From Nemertoderma westbladi (lineage: Eukaryota; Animalia; Xenacoelomorpha): 64,000 bases of DNA. Of the stretch, positions 43,501 to 57,832 are shown piece after piece. The stretch spans positions 24,960-88,959 of the forward strand of contig JAUCBJ010000375.1 of NCBI GenBank assembly GCA_032718475.1. The letters run 5' to 3'. The notes under the pieces were generated by a model. It searched no databases. It saw only the letters and a program-made list of their open reading frames with translations, and was not told the DNA's origin. Each line of letters opens with the position of its first letter. Positions within the stretch are counted from its first letter, which is position 1. The translations under genes were made by a program, and so were the position numbers.

Positions 43501-46500
43501 GGCCTGCCCGTGTAAGGCTCAGCACATACATCCATTAAAATAAATTAAGGCCCTCCCTTGTAAGGCTCAGTACATACATCCATTAAAATAAATTAAGTCC
43601 TGTCCGTGTAAGGCACAGCACATACACCCATTAAAATAAATTAAGTCCCTCCCTTGTAAGGCTCAGCACATACACCCATTAAAATAAATTAAGTCCTGCC
43701 CGTGTAAGGCTCAGCACATACACCCATTAAAATAAATTAAGTCCTGCCCGTGTAAGGCACAGCACATACATCCATTAAAATAAATTAAGTCCTGTCCGTG
43801 TAAGGCTCAGCAGATACACCCATTAATATAAATTAAGGCCTGCCCGTGTAAGGCTCAGCACATACACCCATTAAAATAAATTAAGGCCCTCCCTTGTAAG
43901 GCTCAGTACATACATCCATTAAAATAAATTAAGTCCTGCCCCTGTAAGGCACAGCAGATACACCCATTAATATAAATTAAGTCCTGCCCCTGTAAGGCAC
44001 AGCAGATACACCCATTAATATAAATTAAGTCCTGCCCCTGTAAGGCACAGCAGATACACCCATTAATATAAATTAAGTCCTGCCCCTGTAAGGCACAGCA
44101 GATACACCCATTAATATAAATTAAGTCCTGCCCCTGTAAGGCACAGCAGATACACCCATTAATATAAATTAAGTCCTGCCCGTGTAAGGCTCAGCACATA
44201 CACACATTAAAATAAATTAAGGCCCTCCCTTGTAAGGCACAGCACATACACCCATTAAAATAAATTAAGTCCTGCCCGTGTAAGGCACAGCAGATACACC
44301 CATTAATATAAATTAAGTCCTGCCCCTGTAAGGCACAGCAGATACACCCATTAATATAAATTAAGTCCTGCCCGTGTAAGGCTCAGCACATACACCCATT
44401 AAAATAAATTAAGTCCTGCCCGTGTAAGGCTCAGCAGATACACCCATTAAAATAAATTAAGTCCTGCCCGTGTAAGGCTCAGCACATACACCCATTAAAA
44501 TAAATTAAGTCCTGCCCGTGTAAGGCTCAGCAGATACACACATTAAAATAAATTAAGGCCCTCCCTTGTAAGGCACAGCACATACACCCATTAATATAAA
44601 TTAAGTCCTGCCCCTGTAAGGCTCAGCAAATACATCCATTAATATAAATTAAGTCCTGCCCGTGTAAGGCACAGCAGATACACCCATTAATATAAATTAA
44701 GTCCTGCCCCTGTAAGGCACAGCAGATACACCCATTAATATAAATTAAGGCCTGCCCCTGTAAGGCTCACCAGATACACCTATTAAAATAAATTAAGTCC
44801 TGCCCGTGTAAGGCACAGCACATACACCCATTAAAATAAATTAAGTCCTGCCCCTGTAAGGCACAGCACATACACCCATTAATATAAATTAAGGCCTGCC
44901 CCTGTAAGGCTCAGCAGATACACCCATTAATATAAATTAAGTCCTGCCCCTGTAAGGCACAGCAGATACACCCATTAATATAAATTAAGTCCTGCCCCTG
45001 TAAGGCTCAGCAGATACACCCATTAATATAAATTAAGTCCTGCCCCTGTAAGGCACAGCAGATACACCCATTAATATAAATTAAGTCCTGCCCCTGTAAG
45101 GCACAGCAGATACACCCATTAATATAAATTAAGTCCTGCCCCTGTAAGGCACAGCAGATACACCCATTAATATAAATTAAGTCCTGCCCCTGTAAGGCAC
45201 AGCAGATACACCCATTAATATAAATTAAGTCCTGCCCCTGTAAGGCTCAGCAAATACATCCATTAATATAAATTAAGTGCCTGCCCCGTGTAAGGCTCAG
45301 CACATACACCCATTAAAATAAATTAAGTCCTGCCCGTGTAAGGCACAGCAGATACACCCATTAATATAAATTAAGTCCTGCCCCTGTAAGGCTCAGCAGA
45401 TACACCTATTAAAATAAATTAAGTCCTGCCCCTGTAAGGCACAGCAGATACACCCATTAATATAAATTAAGTCCTGCCCGTGTAAGGCACAGCACATACA
45501 CCCATTAAAATAAATTAAGGCCCTCCCTTGTAAGGCTCAGCACATACACCCATTAAAATAAATTAAGTCCTGCCCCTGTAAGGCTCAGCACATACACCCA
45601 TTAAAATAAATTAAGTCCTGCCCCTGTAAGGCTCAGCACATACACCCATTAAAATAAATTAAGTCCTGCCCCTGTAAGGCACAGCAGATACACCCATTAA
45701 TATAAATTAAGTCCTGCCCGTGTAAGGCACAGCACATACACCCATTAAAATAAATTAAGTCCTGCCCCTGTAAGGCTCAGCACATACACCCATTAATATA
45801 AATTAAGTCCTGCCCGTGTAAGGCTCAGCACATACACCCATTAAAATAAATTAAGTCCTGCCCCTGTAAGGCACAGCACATACACCCATTAATATAAATT
45901 AAGTCCTGCCCCTGTAAGGCACAGCAGATACACCCATTAATATAAATTAAGTCCTGCCCGTGTAAGGCACAGCACATACACCCATTAAAATAAATTAAGG
46001 CCCTCCCTTGTAAGGCTCAGCACATACACCCATTAAAATAAATTAAGTCCTGCCCCTGTAAGGCTCAGCACATACACCCATTAAAATAAATTAAGTCCTG
46101 CCCCTGTAAGGCTCAGCACATACACCCATTAAAATAAATTAAGTCCTGCCCCTGTAAGGCACAGCAGATACACCCATTAATATAAATTAAGTCCTGCCCG
46201 TGTAAGGCACAGCACATACACCCATTAAAATAAATTAAGTCCTGCCCCTGTAAGGCTCAGCACATACACCCATTAAAATAAATTAAGGCCTGTCCGTGTA
46301 AGGCTCAGCACATACACCCATTAAAATAAATTAAGCCCTCCCTTGTAAGGCTCAGCACATACACCCATTAAAATAAATTAAGTCCTGCCCCTGTAAGGCT
46401 CAGCACATACACCCATTAAAATAAATTAAGTCCTGCCCCTGTAAGGCACAGCAGATACACCCATTAATATAAATTAAGTCCTGCCCGTGTAAGGCACAGC

Positions 46501-46910
46501 ACATACACCCATTAAAATAAATTAAGTCCTGCCCCTGTAAGGCTCAGCACATACACCCATTAAAATAAATTAAGGCCTGTCCGTGTAAGGCTCAGCACAT
46601 ACACCCATTAAAATAAATTAAGGCCCTCCCTTGTAAGGCTCAGCACATACATCCATTAAAATAAATTAAGTCCTGCCCCTGTAAGGCTCAGCACATACAC
46701 CCATTAAAATAAATTAAGTCCTGCCCCTGTAAGGCTCAGCACATACACCCATTAAAATAAATTAAGTCCTGCCCCTGTAAGGCACAGCACATACACCCAT
46801 TAAAATAAATTAAGTCCTGCCCCTGTAAGGCTCAGCACATACACCCATTAAAATAAATTAAGTCCTGCCCCTGTAAGGCACAGCAGATACACCCATTAAT
46901 ATAAATTAAG

Positions 46911-48542
46911 TCCTGCCCGTGTAAGGCACAGCACATACACCCATTAAAATAAATTAAGTCCTGCCCCTGTAAGGCTCAGCACATACACCCATTAAAATAA
47001 ATTAAGGCCTGCCCGTGTAAGGCTCAGCACATACACCCATTAATATAAATTAAGTCCTGCCCCTGTAAGGCTCACCAGATACACCTATTAAAATAAATTA
47101 AGTCCTGCCCCTGTAAGGCACAGCAGATACACCCATTAATATAAATTAAGTCCTGCCCGTGTAAGGCACAGCACATACACCCATTAAAATAAATTAAGGC
47201 CCTCCCTTGTAAGGCTCAGCACATACACCCATTAAAATAAATTAAGTCCTGCCCCTGTAAGGCTCAGCACATACACCCATTAAAATAAATTAAGTCCTGC
47301 CCCTGTAAGGCACAGCAGATACACCCATTAATATAAATTAAGTCCTGCCCGTGTAAGGCACAGCACATACACCCATTAAAATAAATTAAGTCCTGCCCCT
47401 GTAAGGCTCAGCACATACACCCATTAAAATAAATTAAGTCCTGCCCCTGTAAGGCACAGCACATACACCCATTAATATAAATTAAGTCCTGCCCCTGTAA
47501 GGCACAGCAGATACACCCATTAATATAAATTAAGTCCTGCCCGTGTAAGGCACAGCACATACACCCATTAAAATAAATTAAGTCCTGCCCCTGTAAGGCT
47601 CAGCACATACACCCATTAAAATAAATTAAGTCCTGCCCCTGTAAGGCACAGCAGATACACCCATTAATATAAATTAAGTCCTGCCCGTGTAAGGCACAGC
47701 ACATACACCCATTAAAATAAATTAAGTCCTGCCCCTGTAAGGCTCAGCACATACACCCATTAAAATAAATTAAGGCCTGTCCGTGTAAGGCTCAGCACAT
47801 ACACCCATTAAAATAAATTAAGTCCTGCCCGTGTAAGGCACAGCACATACACCCATTAATATAAATTAAGTCCTGCCCGTGTAAGGCACAGCACATACAC
47901 CCATTAAAATAAATTAAGTCCTGCCCCTGTAAGGCTCAGCACATACACCCATTAAAATAAATTAAGGCCTGCCCGTGTAAGGCTCAGCACATACACCCAT
48001 TAATATAAATTAAGTCCTGCCCCTGTAAGGCTCACCAGATACACCTATTAAAATAAATTAAGTCCTGCCCCTGTAAGGCACAGCAGATACACCCATTAAT
48101 ATAAATTAAGTCCTGCCCGTGTAAGGCACAGCACATACACCCATTAAAATAAATTAAGGCCCTCCCTTGTAAGGCTCAGCACATACACCCATTAAAATAA
48201 ATTAAGTCCTGCCCCTGTAAGGCTCAGCACATACACCCATTAAAATAAATTAAGTCCTGCCCCTGTAAGGCACAGCAGATACACCCATTAATATAAATTA
48301 AGTCCTGCCCGTGTAAGGCACAGCACATACACCCATTAAAATAAATTAAGTCCTGCCCCTGTAAGGCTCAGCACATACACCCATTAAAATAAATTAAGTC
48401 CTGCCCCTGTAAGGCACAGCACATACACCCATTAATATAAATTAAGTCCTGCCCCTGTAAGGCACAGCAGATACACCCATTAATATAAATTAAGTCCTGC
48501 CCGTGTAAGGCACAGCACATACACCCATTAAAATAAATTAAG
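46911..48542. repeat. Duplication of a 14-unit (672-bp) block at 960-bp offset (46911-47582 / 47871-48542)
   Basis: Unit-by-unit variant match, anchored by the rare CTCACCAGATACACCTATT unit at 47055 and 48015. Confidence 0.85.
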
Positions 48543-49327
48543 GCCCTCCCTTGTAAGGCTCAGCACATACACCCATTAAAATAAATTAAGTCCTGCCCCT
48601 GTAAGGCTCAGCACATACACCCATTAAAATAAATTAAGTCCTGCCCCTGTAAGGCTCAGCACATACACCCATTAAAATAAATTAAGTCCTGCCCCTGTAA
48701 GGCACAGCAGATACACCCATTAATATAAATTAAGTCCTGCCCGTGTAAGGCACAGCACATACACCCATTAAAATAAATTAAGTCCTGCCCCTGTAAGGCA
48801 CAGCAGATACACCCATTAATATAAATTAAGTCCTGCCCGTGTAAGGCACAGCACATACACCCATTAAAATAAATTAAGTCCTGCCCCTGTAAGGCACAGC
48901 ACATACACCCATTAATATAAATTAAGTCCTGCCCCTGTAAGGCACAGCAGATACACCCATTAATATAAATTAAGTCCTGCCCGTGTAAGGCTCAGTACAT
49001 ACATCCATTAAAATAAATTAAGTCCTGCCCGTGTAAGGCTCAGCACATACACCCATTAATATAAATTAAGTCCTGCCCGTGTAAGGCACAGCACATACAT
49101 CCATTAAAATAAATTAAGTCCTGCCCCTGTAAGGCTCAGCACATACACCCATTAATATAAATTAAGTCCTGCCCGTGTAAGGCACAGCACATACACCCAT
49201 TAAAATAAATTAAGGCCTGCCCCTGTAAGGCTCACCAGATACACCTATTAAAATAAATTAAGTCCTGCCCCTGTAAGGCTCAGCACATACACCCATTAAA
49301 ATAAATTAAGGCCTGCCCCTGTAAGGC

Positions 49328-50527
49328 TCACCAGATACACCTATTAAAATAAATTAAGTCCTGCCCCTGTAAGGCACAGCACATACACCCATTAATATAA
49401 ATTAAGGCCTGCCCCTGTAAGGCACAGCAGATACACCCATTAATATAAATTAAGTCCTGCCCCTGTAAGGCACAGCACATACACCCATTAATATAAATTA
49501 AGTCCTGCCCCTGTAAGGCACAGCAGATACACCCATTAATATAAATTAAGTCCTGCCCCTGTAAGGCACAGCAGATACACCCATTAATATAAATTAAGTC
49601 CTGCCCCTGTAAGGCACAGCAGATACACCCATTAATATAAATTAAGTCCTGCCCCTGTAAGGCACAGCAGATACACCCATTAATATAAATTAAGTCCTGC
49701 CCCTGTAAGGCACAGCAGATACACCCATTAATATAAATTAAGTCCTGCCCCTGTAAGGCACAGCAGATACACCCATTAATATAAATTAAGTCCTGCCCCT
49801 GTAAGGCACAGCACATACACCCATTAATATAAATTAAGTCCTGCCCCTGTAAGGCACAGCAGATACACCCATTAATATAAATTAAGTCCTGCCCCTGTAA
49901 GGCACAGCAGATACACCCATTAATATAAATTAAGTCCTGCCCCTGTAAGGCACAGCAGATACACCCATTAATATAAATTAAGTCCTGCCCCTGTAAGGCA
50001 CAGCAGATACACCCATTAATATAAATTAAGTCCTGCCCCTGTAAGGCACAGCAGATACACCCATTAATATAAATTAAGTCCTGCCCCTGTAAGGCACAGC
50101 AGATACACCCATTAATATAAATTAAGTCCTGCCCCTGTAAGGCACAGCAGATACACCCATTAATATAAATTAAGTCCTGCCCCTGTAAGGCACAGCAGAT
50201 ACACCCATTAATATAAATTAAGTCCTGCCCCTGTAAGGCACAGCAGATACACCCATTAATATAAATTAAGTCCTGCCCCTGTAAGGCACAGCAGATACAC
50301 CCATTAATATAAATTAAGTCCTGCCCCTGTAAGGCACAGCAGATACACCCATTAATATAAATTAAGTCCTGCCCCTGTAAGGCACAGCAGATACACCCAT
50401 TAATATAAATTAAGTCCTGCCCCTGTAAGGCACAGCAGATACACCCATTAATATAAATTAAGTCCTGCCCCTGTAAGGCACAGCAGATACACCCATTAAT
50501 ATAAATTAAGTCCTGCCCGTGTAAGGC
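49328..50527 (-). other. Stop-free reading frame through the repeat (CCALQGQDLIYINGCI)n, about 400 codons; probably not a gene
   Basis: It lies between TGA codons in units 50511 and 49311. The supplied ORF 49328-49816 covers only the part after the first ATG. It exists because consecutive units carry GGCACAG instead of GGCTCAG. Confidence refers to coding status. Confidence 0.08.
49839..50510. repeat. Perfectly homogeneous run of 14 identical 48-bp units
   Basis: TCCTGCCCCTGTAAGGCACAGCAGATACACCCATTAATATAAATTAAG x14. Six more identical copies lie at 49503-49790, separated from the run by one unit that differs by a single base. Confidence 0.92.
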
Positions 50528-53500
50528 TCAGCACATACACCCGTTAAAATAAATTAAGTCCTGCCCCTGTAAGGCTCAGCACATACATACATTAAAATAA
50601 ATTAAGTCCTGCCCCTGTAAGGCACAGCAGATACACCCATTAATATAAATTAAGTCCTGCCCCTGTAAGGCACAGCAGATACACCCATTAATATAAATTA
50701 AGTCCTGCCCCTGTAAGGCACAGCAGATACACCCATTAATATAAATTAAGTCCTGCCCGTGTAAGGCTCAGCACATACACCCGTTAAAATAAATTAAGTC
50801 CTGCCCCTGTAAGGCTCAGCACATACATACATTAAAATAAATTAAGTCCTGCCCATGTAAGGCACAGCACATACACCCATTAAAATAAATTAAGTCCTGC
50901 CCCTGTAAGGCTCAGCACATACATACATTAAAATAAATTAAGTCCTGCCCCTGTAAGGCTCAGCAAATACATCCATTAATATAAATTAAGTCCTGCCCGT
51001 GTAAGGCACAGCAGATACACCCATTAATATAAATTAAGGCCTGCCCCTGTAAGGCTCAGCACATACACCCATTAAAATAAATTAAGTCCTGCCCGTGTAA
51101 GGCACAGCAGATACACCCATTAAAATAAATTAAGGCCTGCCCCTGTAAGGCACAGCAGATACACCCATTAAAATAAATTAAGTCCTGCCCCTGTAAGGCA
51201 CAGCAGATACACCCATTAATATAAATTAAGTCCTGCCCGTGTAAGGCACAGCAGATACACCCATTAATATAAATTAAGTCCTGCCCCTGTAAGGCACAGC
51301 AGATACACCCATTAATATAAATTAAGTCCTGCCCGTGTAAGGCACAGCAGATACACCCATTAATATAAATTAAGTCCTGCCCCTGTAAGGCACAGCAGAT
51401 ACACCCATTAATATAAATTAAGTCCTGCCCCTGTAAGGCTCAGCAAATACATCCATTAATATAAATTAAGGCCTGCCCCTGTAAGGCTCACCAGATACAC
51501 CTATTAAAATAAATTAAGTCCTGCCCCTGTAAGGCACAGCAGATACACCCATTAATATAAATTAAGTCCTGCCCGTGTAAGGCACAGCAGATACACCCAT
51601 TAATATAAATTAAGTCCTGCCCCTGTAAGGCACAGCAGATACACCCATTAATATAAATTAAGTCCTGCCCCTGTAAGGCTCAGCAAATACATCCATTAAT
51701 ATAAATTAAGGCCTGCCCCTGTAAGGCTCACCAGATACACCTATTAAAATAAATTAAGTCCTGCCCCTGTAAGGCACAGCAGATACACCCATTAATATAA
51801 ATTAAGTCCTGCCCCTGTAAGGCACAGCAGATACACCCATTAATATAAATTAAGTCCTGCCCGTGTAAGGCACAGCAGATACACCCATTAATATAAATTA
51901 AGTCCTGCCCGTGTAAGGCACAGCAGATACACCCATTAAAATAAATTAAGTCCTGCCCGTGTAAGGCTCAGCACATACACCCATTAAAATAAATTAAGTC
52001 CTGCCCGTGTAAGGCACAGCAGATACACCCATTAATATAAATTAAGTCCTGCCCGTGTAAGGCACAGCAGATACACCCATTAAAATAAATTAAGGCCTGC
52101 CCCTGTAAGGCTCACCAGATACACCTATTAAAATAAATTAAGTCCTGCCCCTGTAAGGCACAGCAGATACACCCATTAAAATAAATGAAGGCCTGCCCGT
52201 GTAAGGCTCAGCACATACACCCATTAAAATAAATTAAGGCCTGCCCCTGTAAGGCTCACCAGATACACCTATTAAAATAAATTAAGTCCTGCCCCTGTAA
52301 GGCACAGCAGATACACCCATTAATATAAATTAAGTCCTGCCCCTGTAAGGCTCAGCACATACACCCATTAAAATAAATTAAGGCCTGCCCCTGTAAGGCT
52401 CAGCACATACACCCATTAAAATAAATTAAGGCCTGCCCCTGTAAGGCTCACCAGATACACCTATTAAAATAAATTAAGTCCTGCCCCTGTAAGGCACAGC
52501 AGATACACCCATTAATATAAATTAAGTCCTGCCCCTGTAAGGCTCAGCACATACACCCATTAAAATAAATTAAGGCCTGCCCCTGTAAGGCTCAGCACAT
52601 ACACCCATTAAAATAAATTAAGGCCTGCCCCTGTAAGGCTCACCAGATACACCTATTAAAATAAATTAAGGCCTGCCCCTGTAAGGCTCACCAGATACAC
52701 CTATTAAAATAAATTAAGTCCTGTCCCTGTAAGGCTCAGCAAATACATCCATTAATATAAATTAAGTCCTGCCCCTGTAAGGCTCAGCACATACACCCAT
52801 TAATATAAATTAAGTCCTGCCCCTGTAAGGCTCAGCACATACACCCATTAAAATAAATTAAGGCCTGCCCCTGTAAGGCTCACCAGATACACCTATTAAA
52901 ATAAATTAAGTCCTGTCCCTGTAAGGCTCAGCAAATACACCCATTAATATAAATTAAGTCCTGCCCCTGTAAGGCTCACCAGATACACCCATTAATATAA
53001 ATTAAGTCCTGCCCCTGTAAGGCACAGCAGATACACCCATTAATATAAATTAAGTCCTGCCCCTGTAAGGCACAGCAGATACACCCATTAATATAAATTA
53101 AGTCCTGCCCCTGTAAGGCTCAGCACATACACCCATTAATATAAATTAAGTCCTGCCCCTGTAAGGCACAGCAGATACACCCATTAATATAAATTAAGTC
53201 CTGCCCCTGTAAGGCTCAGCACATACACCCATTAAAATAAATTAAGGCCTGCCCCTGTAAGGCTCACCAGATACACCTATTAAAATAAATTAAGTCCTGC
53301 CCGTGTAAGGCACAGCACATACACCCATTAAAATAAATGAAGTCCTGCCCATGTAAGGCTCAGCACATACACCCATTAAAATAAATTAAGTCCTGCCCCT
53401 GTAAGGCACAGCACATACACCCATTAAAATAAATTAAGGCCTGCCCGTGTAAGGCTCAGCAGATACACCCATTAAAATAAATTAAGTCCTGCCCGTGTAA

Positions 53501-56500
53501 GGCACAGCACATACACCCATTAAAATAAATTAAGTCCTGCCCATGTAAGGCTCAGCACATACACCCATTAAAATAAATTAAGTCCTGCCCATGTAAGGCT
53601 CAGCACATACACCCATTAAAATAAATTAAGTCCTGCCCATGTAAGGCTCAGCACATACACCCATTAAAATAAATTAAGTCCTGCCCATGTAAGGCTCAGC
53701 ACATACACCCATTAAAATAAATTAAGTCCTGCCCCTGTAAGGCTCAGCACATACACCCATTAAAATAAATTAAGTCCTGCCCATGTAAGGCTCAGCACAT
53801 ACACCCATTAAAATAAATTAAGTCCTGCCCCTGTAAGGCACAGCACATACACCCATTAAAATAAATTAAGGCCCTCCCTTGTAAGGCTCAGCAGATACAC
53901 CCATTAAAATAAATTAAGTCCTGCCCATGTAAGGCTCAGCACATACACCCATTAAAATAAATTAAGTCCTGCCCGTGTAAGGCTCAGCAGATACACCCAT
54001 TAAAATAAATTAAGGCCCTCCCTTGTAAGGCTCAGCAGATACACCCATTAAAATAAATTAAGTCCTGCCCATGTAAGGCTCAGCACATACACCCATTAAA
54101 ATAAATTAAGTCCTGCCCCTGTAAGGCACAGCACATACACCCATTAAAATAAATTAAGTCCTGCCCGTGTAAGGCACAGCACATACACCCATTAAAATAA
54201 ATTAAGTCCTGCCCGTGTAAGGCTCAGCACATACACCCATTAAAATAAATTAAGTCCTGCCCATGTAAGGCACAGCACATACACCCATTAATATAAATTA
54301 AGTCCTGCCCGTGTAAGGCTCAGCACATACACCCATTAAAATAAATTAAGTCCTGCCCGTGTAAGGCTCAGCACATACACCCATTAAAATAAATTAAGTC
54401 CTGCCCGTGTAAGGCACAGCACATACACCCATTAAAATAAATTAAGTCCTGCCCGTGTAAGGCACAGCAGATACACCCATTAATATAAATTAAGTCCTGC
54501 CCGTGTAAGGCACAGCACATACACCCATTAAAATAAATTAAGGCCCTCCCTTGTAAGGCTCAGCATGTACACCCATTAAAATAAATTAAGTCCTGTCCGT
54601 GTAAGGCTCAGCACATACACCCATTAATATAAATTAAGTCCTGCCCGTGTAAGGCTCAGCACATACACCCATTAAAATAAATTAAGTCCTGCCCGTGTAA
54701 GGCACAGCACATACACCCATTAATATAAATTAAGGCCCTCCCTTGTAAGGCTCAGCAGATACACCCATTAATATAAATTAAGTCCTGCCCCTGTAAGGCA
54801 CAGCACATACACCCATTAATATAAATTAAGTCCTGCCCCTGTAAGGCACAGCAGATACACCCATTAATATAAATTAAGTCCTGCCCCTGTAAGGCACAGC
54901 AGATACACCCATTAATATAAATTAAGGCCTGCCCGTGTAAGGCACAGCACATACACCCATTAAAATAAATTAAGGCCTGCCCGTGTAAGGCTCAGCACAT
55001 ACACCCATTAATATAAATTAAGTCCTGCCCATGTAAGGCACAGCACATACACCCATTAATATAAATTAAGTCCTGCCCCTGTAAGGCTCAGCAGATACAC
55101 CCATTAAAATAAATTAAGGCCTGCCCGTGTAAGGCACAGCACATACACCCATTAAAATAAATTAAGGCCTGCCCGTGTAAGGCTCAGCACATACACCCAT
55201 TAATATAAATTAAGTCCTGCCCGTGTAAGGCACAGCACATACACCCATTAATATAAATTAAGTCCTGCCCCTGTAAGGCTCAGCAGATACACCCATTAAA
55301 ATAAATTAAGGCCTGCCCGTGTAAGGCACAGCACATACACCCATTAAAATAAATTAAGGCCCTCCCTTGTAAGGCTCAGCACATACACCCATTAATATAA
55401 ATTAAGTCCTGCCCGTGTAAGGCACAGCACATACACCCATTAAAATAAATTAAGGCCTGCCCCTGTAAGGCACAGCAGATACACCCATTAATATAAATTA
55501 AGTCCTGCCCGTGTAAGGCTCAGCACATACACCCATTAAAATAAATTAAGTCCTGCCCTTGTAAGGCACAGCAGATACACCCATTAAAATAAATTAAGTC
55601 CTGCCCCTGTAAGGCACAGCACATACACCCATTAAAATAAATTAAGGCCTGCCCGTGTAAGGCTCAGCAGATACACCCATTAATATAAATTAAGTCCTGC
55701 CCCTGTAAGGCTCAGCAGATACACCCATTAAAATAAATTAAGGCCTGCCCGTGTAAGGCACAGCACATACACCCATTAAAATAAATTAAGGCCTGCCCGT
55801 GTAAGGCACAGCACATACACCCATTAAAATAAATTAAGTCCTGCCCGTGTAAGGCTCAGCACATACATACATTAAAATAAATTAAGGCCTGCCCGTGTAA
55901 GGCTCAGCAGATACACCCATTAATATAAATTAAGTCCTGCCCCTGTAAGGCTCAGCAGATACACCCATTAAAATAAATTAAGTCCTGCCCCTGTAAGGCA
56001 CAGCACATACACCCATTAAAATAAATTAAGGCCTGCCCGTGTAAGGCTCAGCAGATACACCCATTAATATAAATTAAGTCCTGCCCCTGTAAGGCTCAGC
56101 AGATACACCCATTAAAATAAATTAAGTCCTGCCCCTGTAAGGCACAGCACATACACCCATTAAAATAAATTAAGTCCTGCCCCTGTAAGGCTCAGCAGAT
56201 ACACCCATTAAAATAAATTAAGTCCTGCCCCTGTAAGGCTCAGCAGATACACCCATTAATATAAATTAAGTCCTGCCCGTGTAAGGCACAGCACATACAC
56301 CCATTAATATAAATTAAGGCCCTCCCTTGTAAGGCACAGCACATACACCCATTAAAATAAATTAAGTCCTGCCCCTGTAAGGCTCAGCAGATACACCCAT
56401 TAAAATAAATTAAGTCCTGCCCCTGTAAGGCTCAGCAGATACACCCATTAATATAAATTAAGTCCTGCCCGTGTAAGGCACAGCACATACACCCATTAAT

Positions 56501-57103
56501 ATAAATTAAGGCCCTCCCTTGTAAGGCACAGCACATACATCCATTAAAATAAATTAAGTCCTGCCCCTGTAAGGCTCAGCAGATACACCCATTAAAATAA
56601 ATTAAGTCCTGCCCCTGTAAGGCTCAGCAGATACACCCATTAAAATAAATTAAGTCCTGCCCCTGTAAGGCTCAGCAGATACACCCATTAAAATAAATTA
56701 AGGCCTGCCCGTGTAAGGCACAGCACATACACCCATTAATATAAATTAAGTCCTGCCCGTGTAAGGCACAGCACATACACCCATTAAAATAAATTAAGGC
56801 CTGCCCCTGTAAGGCTCAGCACATACACCCATTAAAATAAATTAAGGCCTGCCCGTGTAAGGCACAGCACATACACCCATTAATATAAATTAAGTCCTGC
56901 CCGTGTAAGGCACAGCACATACACCCATTAAAATAAATTAAGGCCTGCCCCTGTAAGGCTCAGCACATACACCCATTAAAATAAATTAAGGCCTGCCCGT
57001 GTAAGGCACAGCACATACACCCATTAAAATAAATTAAGGCCTGCCCGTGTAAGGCACAGCACATACACCCATTAATATAAATTAAGTCCTGCCCGTGTAA
57101 GGC

Positions 57104-57832
57104 TCAGCACATACACCCATTAAAATAAATTAAGTCCTGCCCCTGTAAGGCACAGCACATACACCCATTAAAATAAATTAAGGCCTGCCCGTGTAAGGCA
57201 CAGCACATACACCCATTAAAATAAATTAAGGCCTGCCCGTGTAAGGCACAGCACATACACCCATTAATATAAATTAAGTCCTGCCCCTGTAAGGCACAGC
57301 ACATACACCCATTAAAATAAATTAAGGCCTGCCCGTGTAAGGCACAGCACATACACCCATTAAAATAAATTAAGGCCTGCCCGTGTAAGGCACAGCACAT
57401 ACACCCATTAATATAAATTAAGGCCTGCCCGTGTAAGGCACAGCACATACACCCATTAATATAAATTAAGTCCTGCCCCTGTAAGGCACAGCACATACAC
57501 CCATTAAAATAAATTAAGGCCTGCCCGTGTAAGGCACAGCAGATACACCCATTAATATAAATTAAGTCCTGCCCCTGTAAGGCACAGCACATACACCCAT
57601 TAAAATAAATTAAGGCCTGCCCGTGTAAGGCACAGCACATACACCCATTAATATAAATTAAGTCCCGCCCCTGTAAGGCACAGCACATACACCCATTAAA
57701 ATAAATTAAGGCCTGCCCGTGTAAGGCACAGCACATACACCCATTAAAATAAATTAAGGCCTGCCCGTGTAAGGCACAGCACATACACCCATTAAAATAA
57801 ATTAAGGCCTGCCCGTGTAAGGCACAGCACAT
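57104..57832 (-). other. Repeat-derived ORF (MCCALHGQALIYFNGC)n, 242 aa; probably not a gene
   Basis: Supplied ORF track; a pure translation of 16-codon units with no unique start or end context. Confidence refers to coding status. Confidence 0.08.

Larger units (their letters stand above)
19294..43933. repeat. Central domain rich in the GCCCTCCCTT-headed unit variant
   Basis: GCCCTCCCTT often occurs in consecutive runs here (e.g. 22678-23013, 27670-28053). It is absent from 48591-53870 and 58863-62750. Boundaries are approximate. Confidence 0.8.
43934..53246. repeat. Domain rich in TCCTGCCCCTGTAAGGCACAGCAGATACACCCATTAATATAAATTAAG and the CTCACCAGATACACCTATT variant
   Basis: The haplotype appears abruptly at 43934 as 5 consecutive copies. 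CTCACCAGATACACCTATT units are confined to 44750-53294. Confidence 0.85.
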
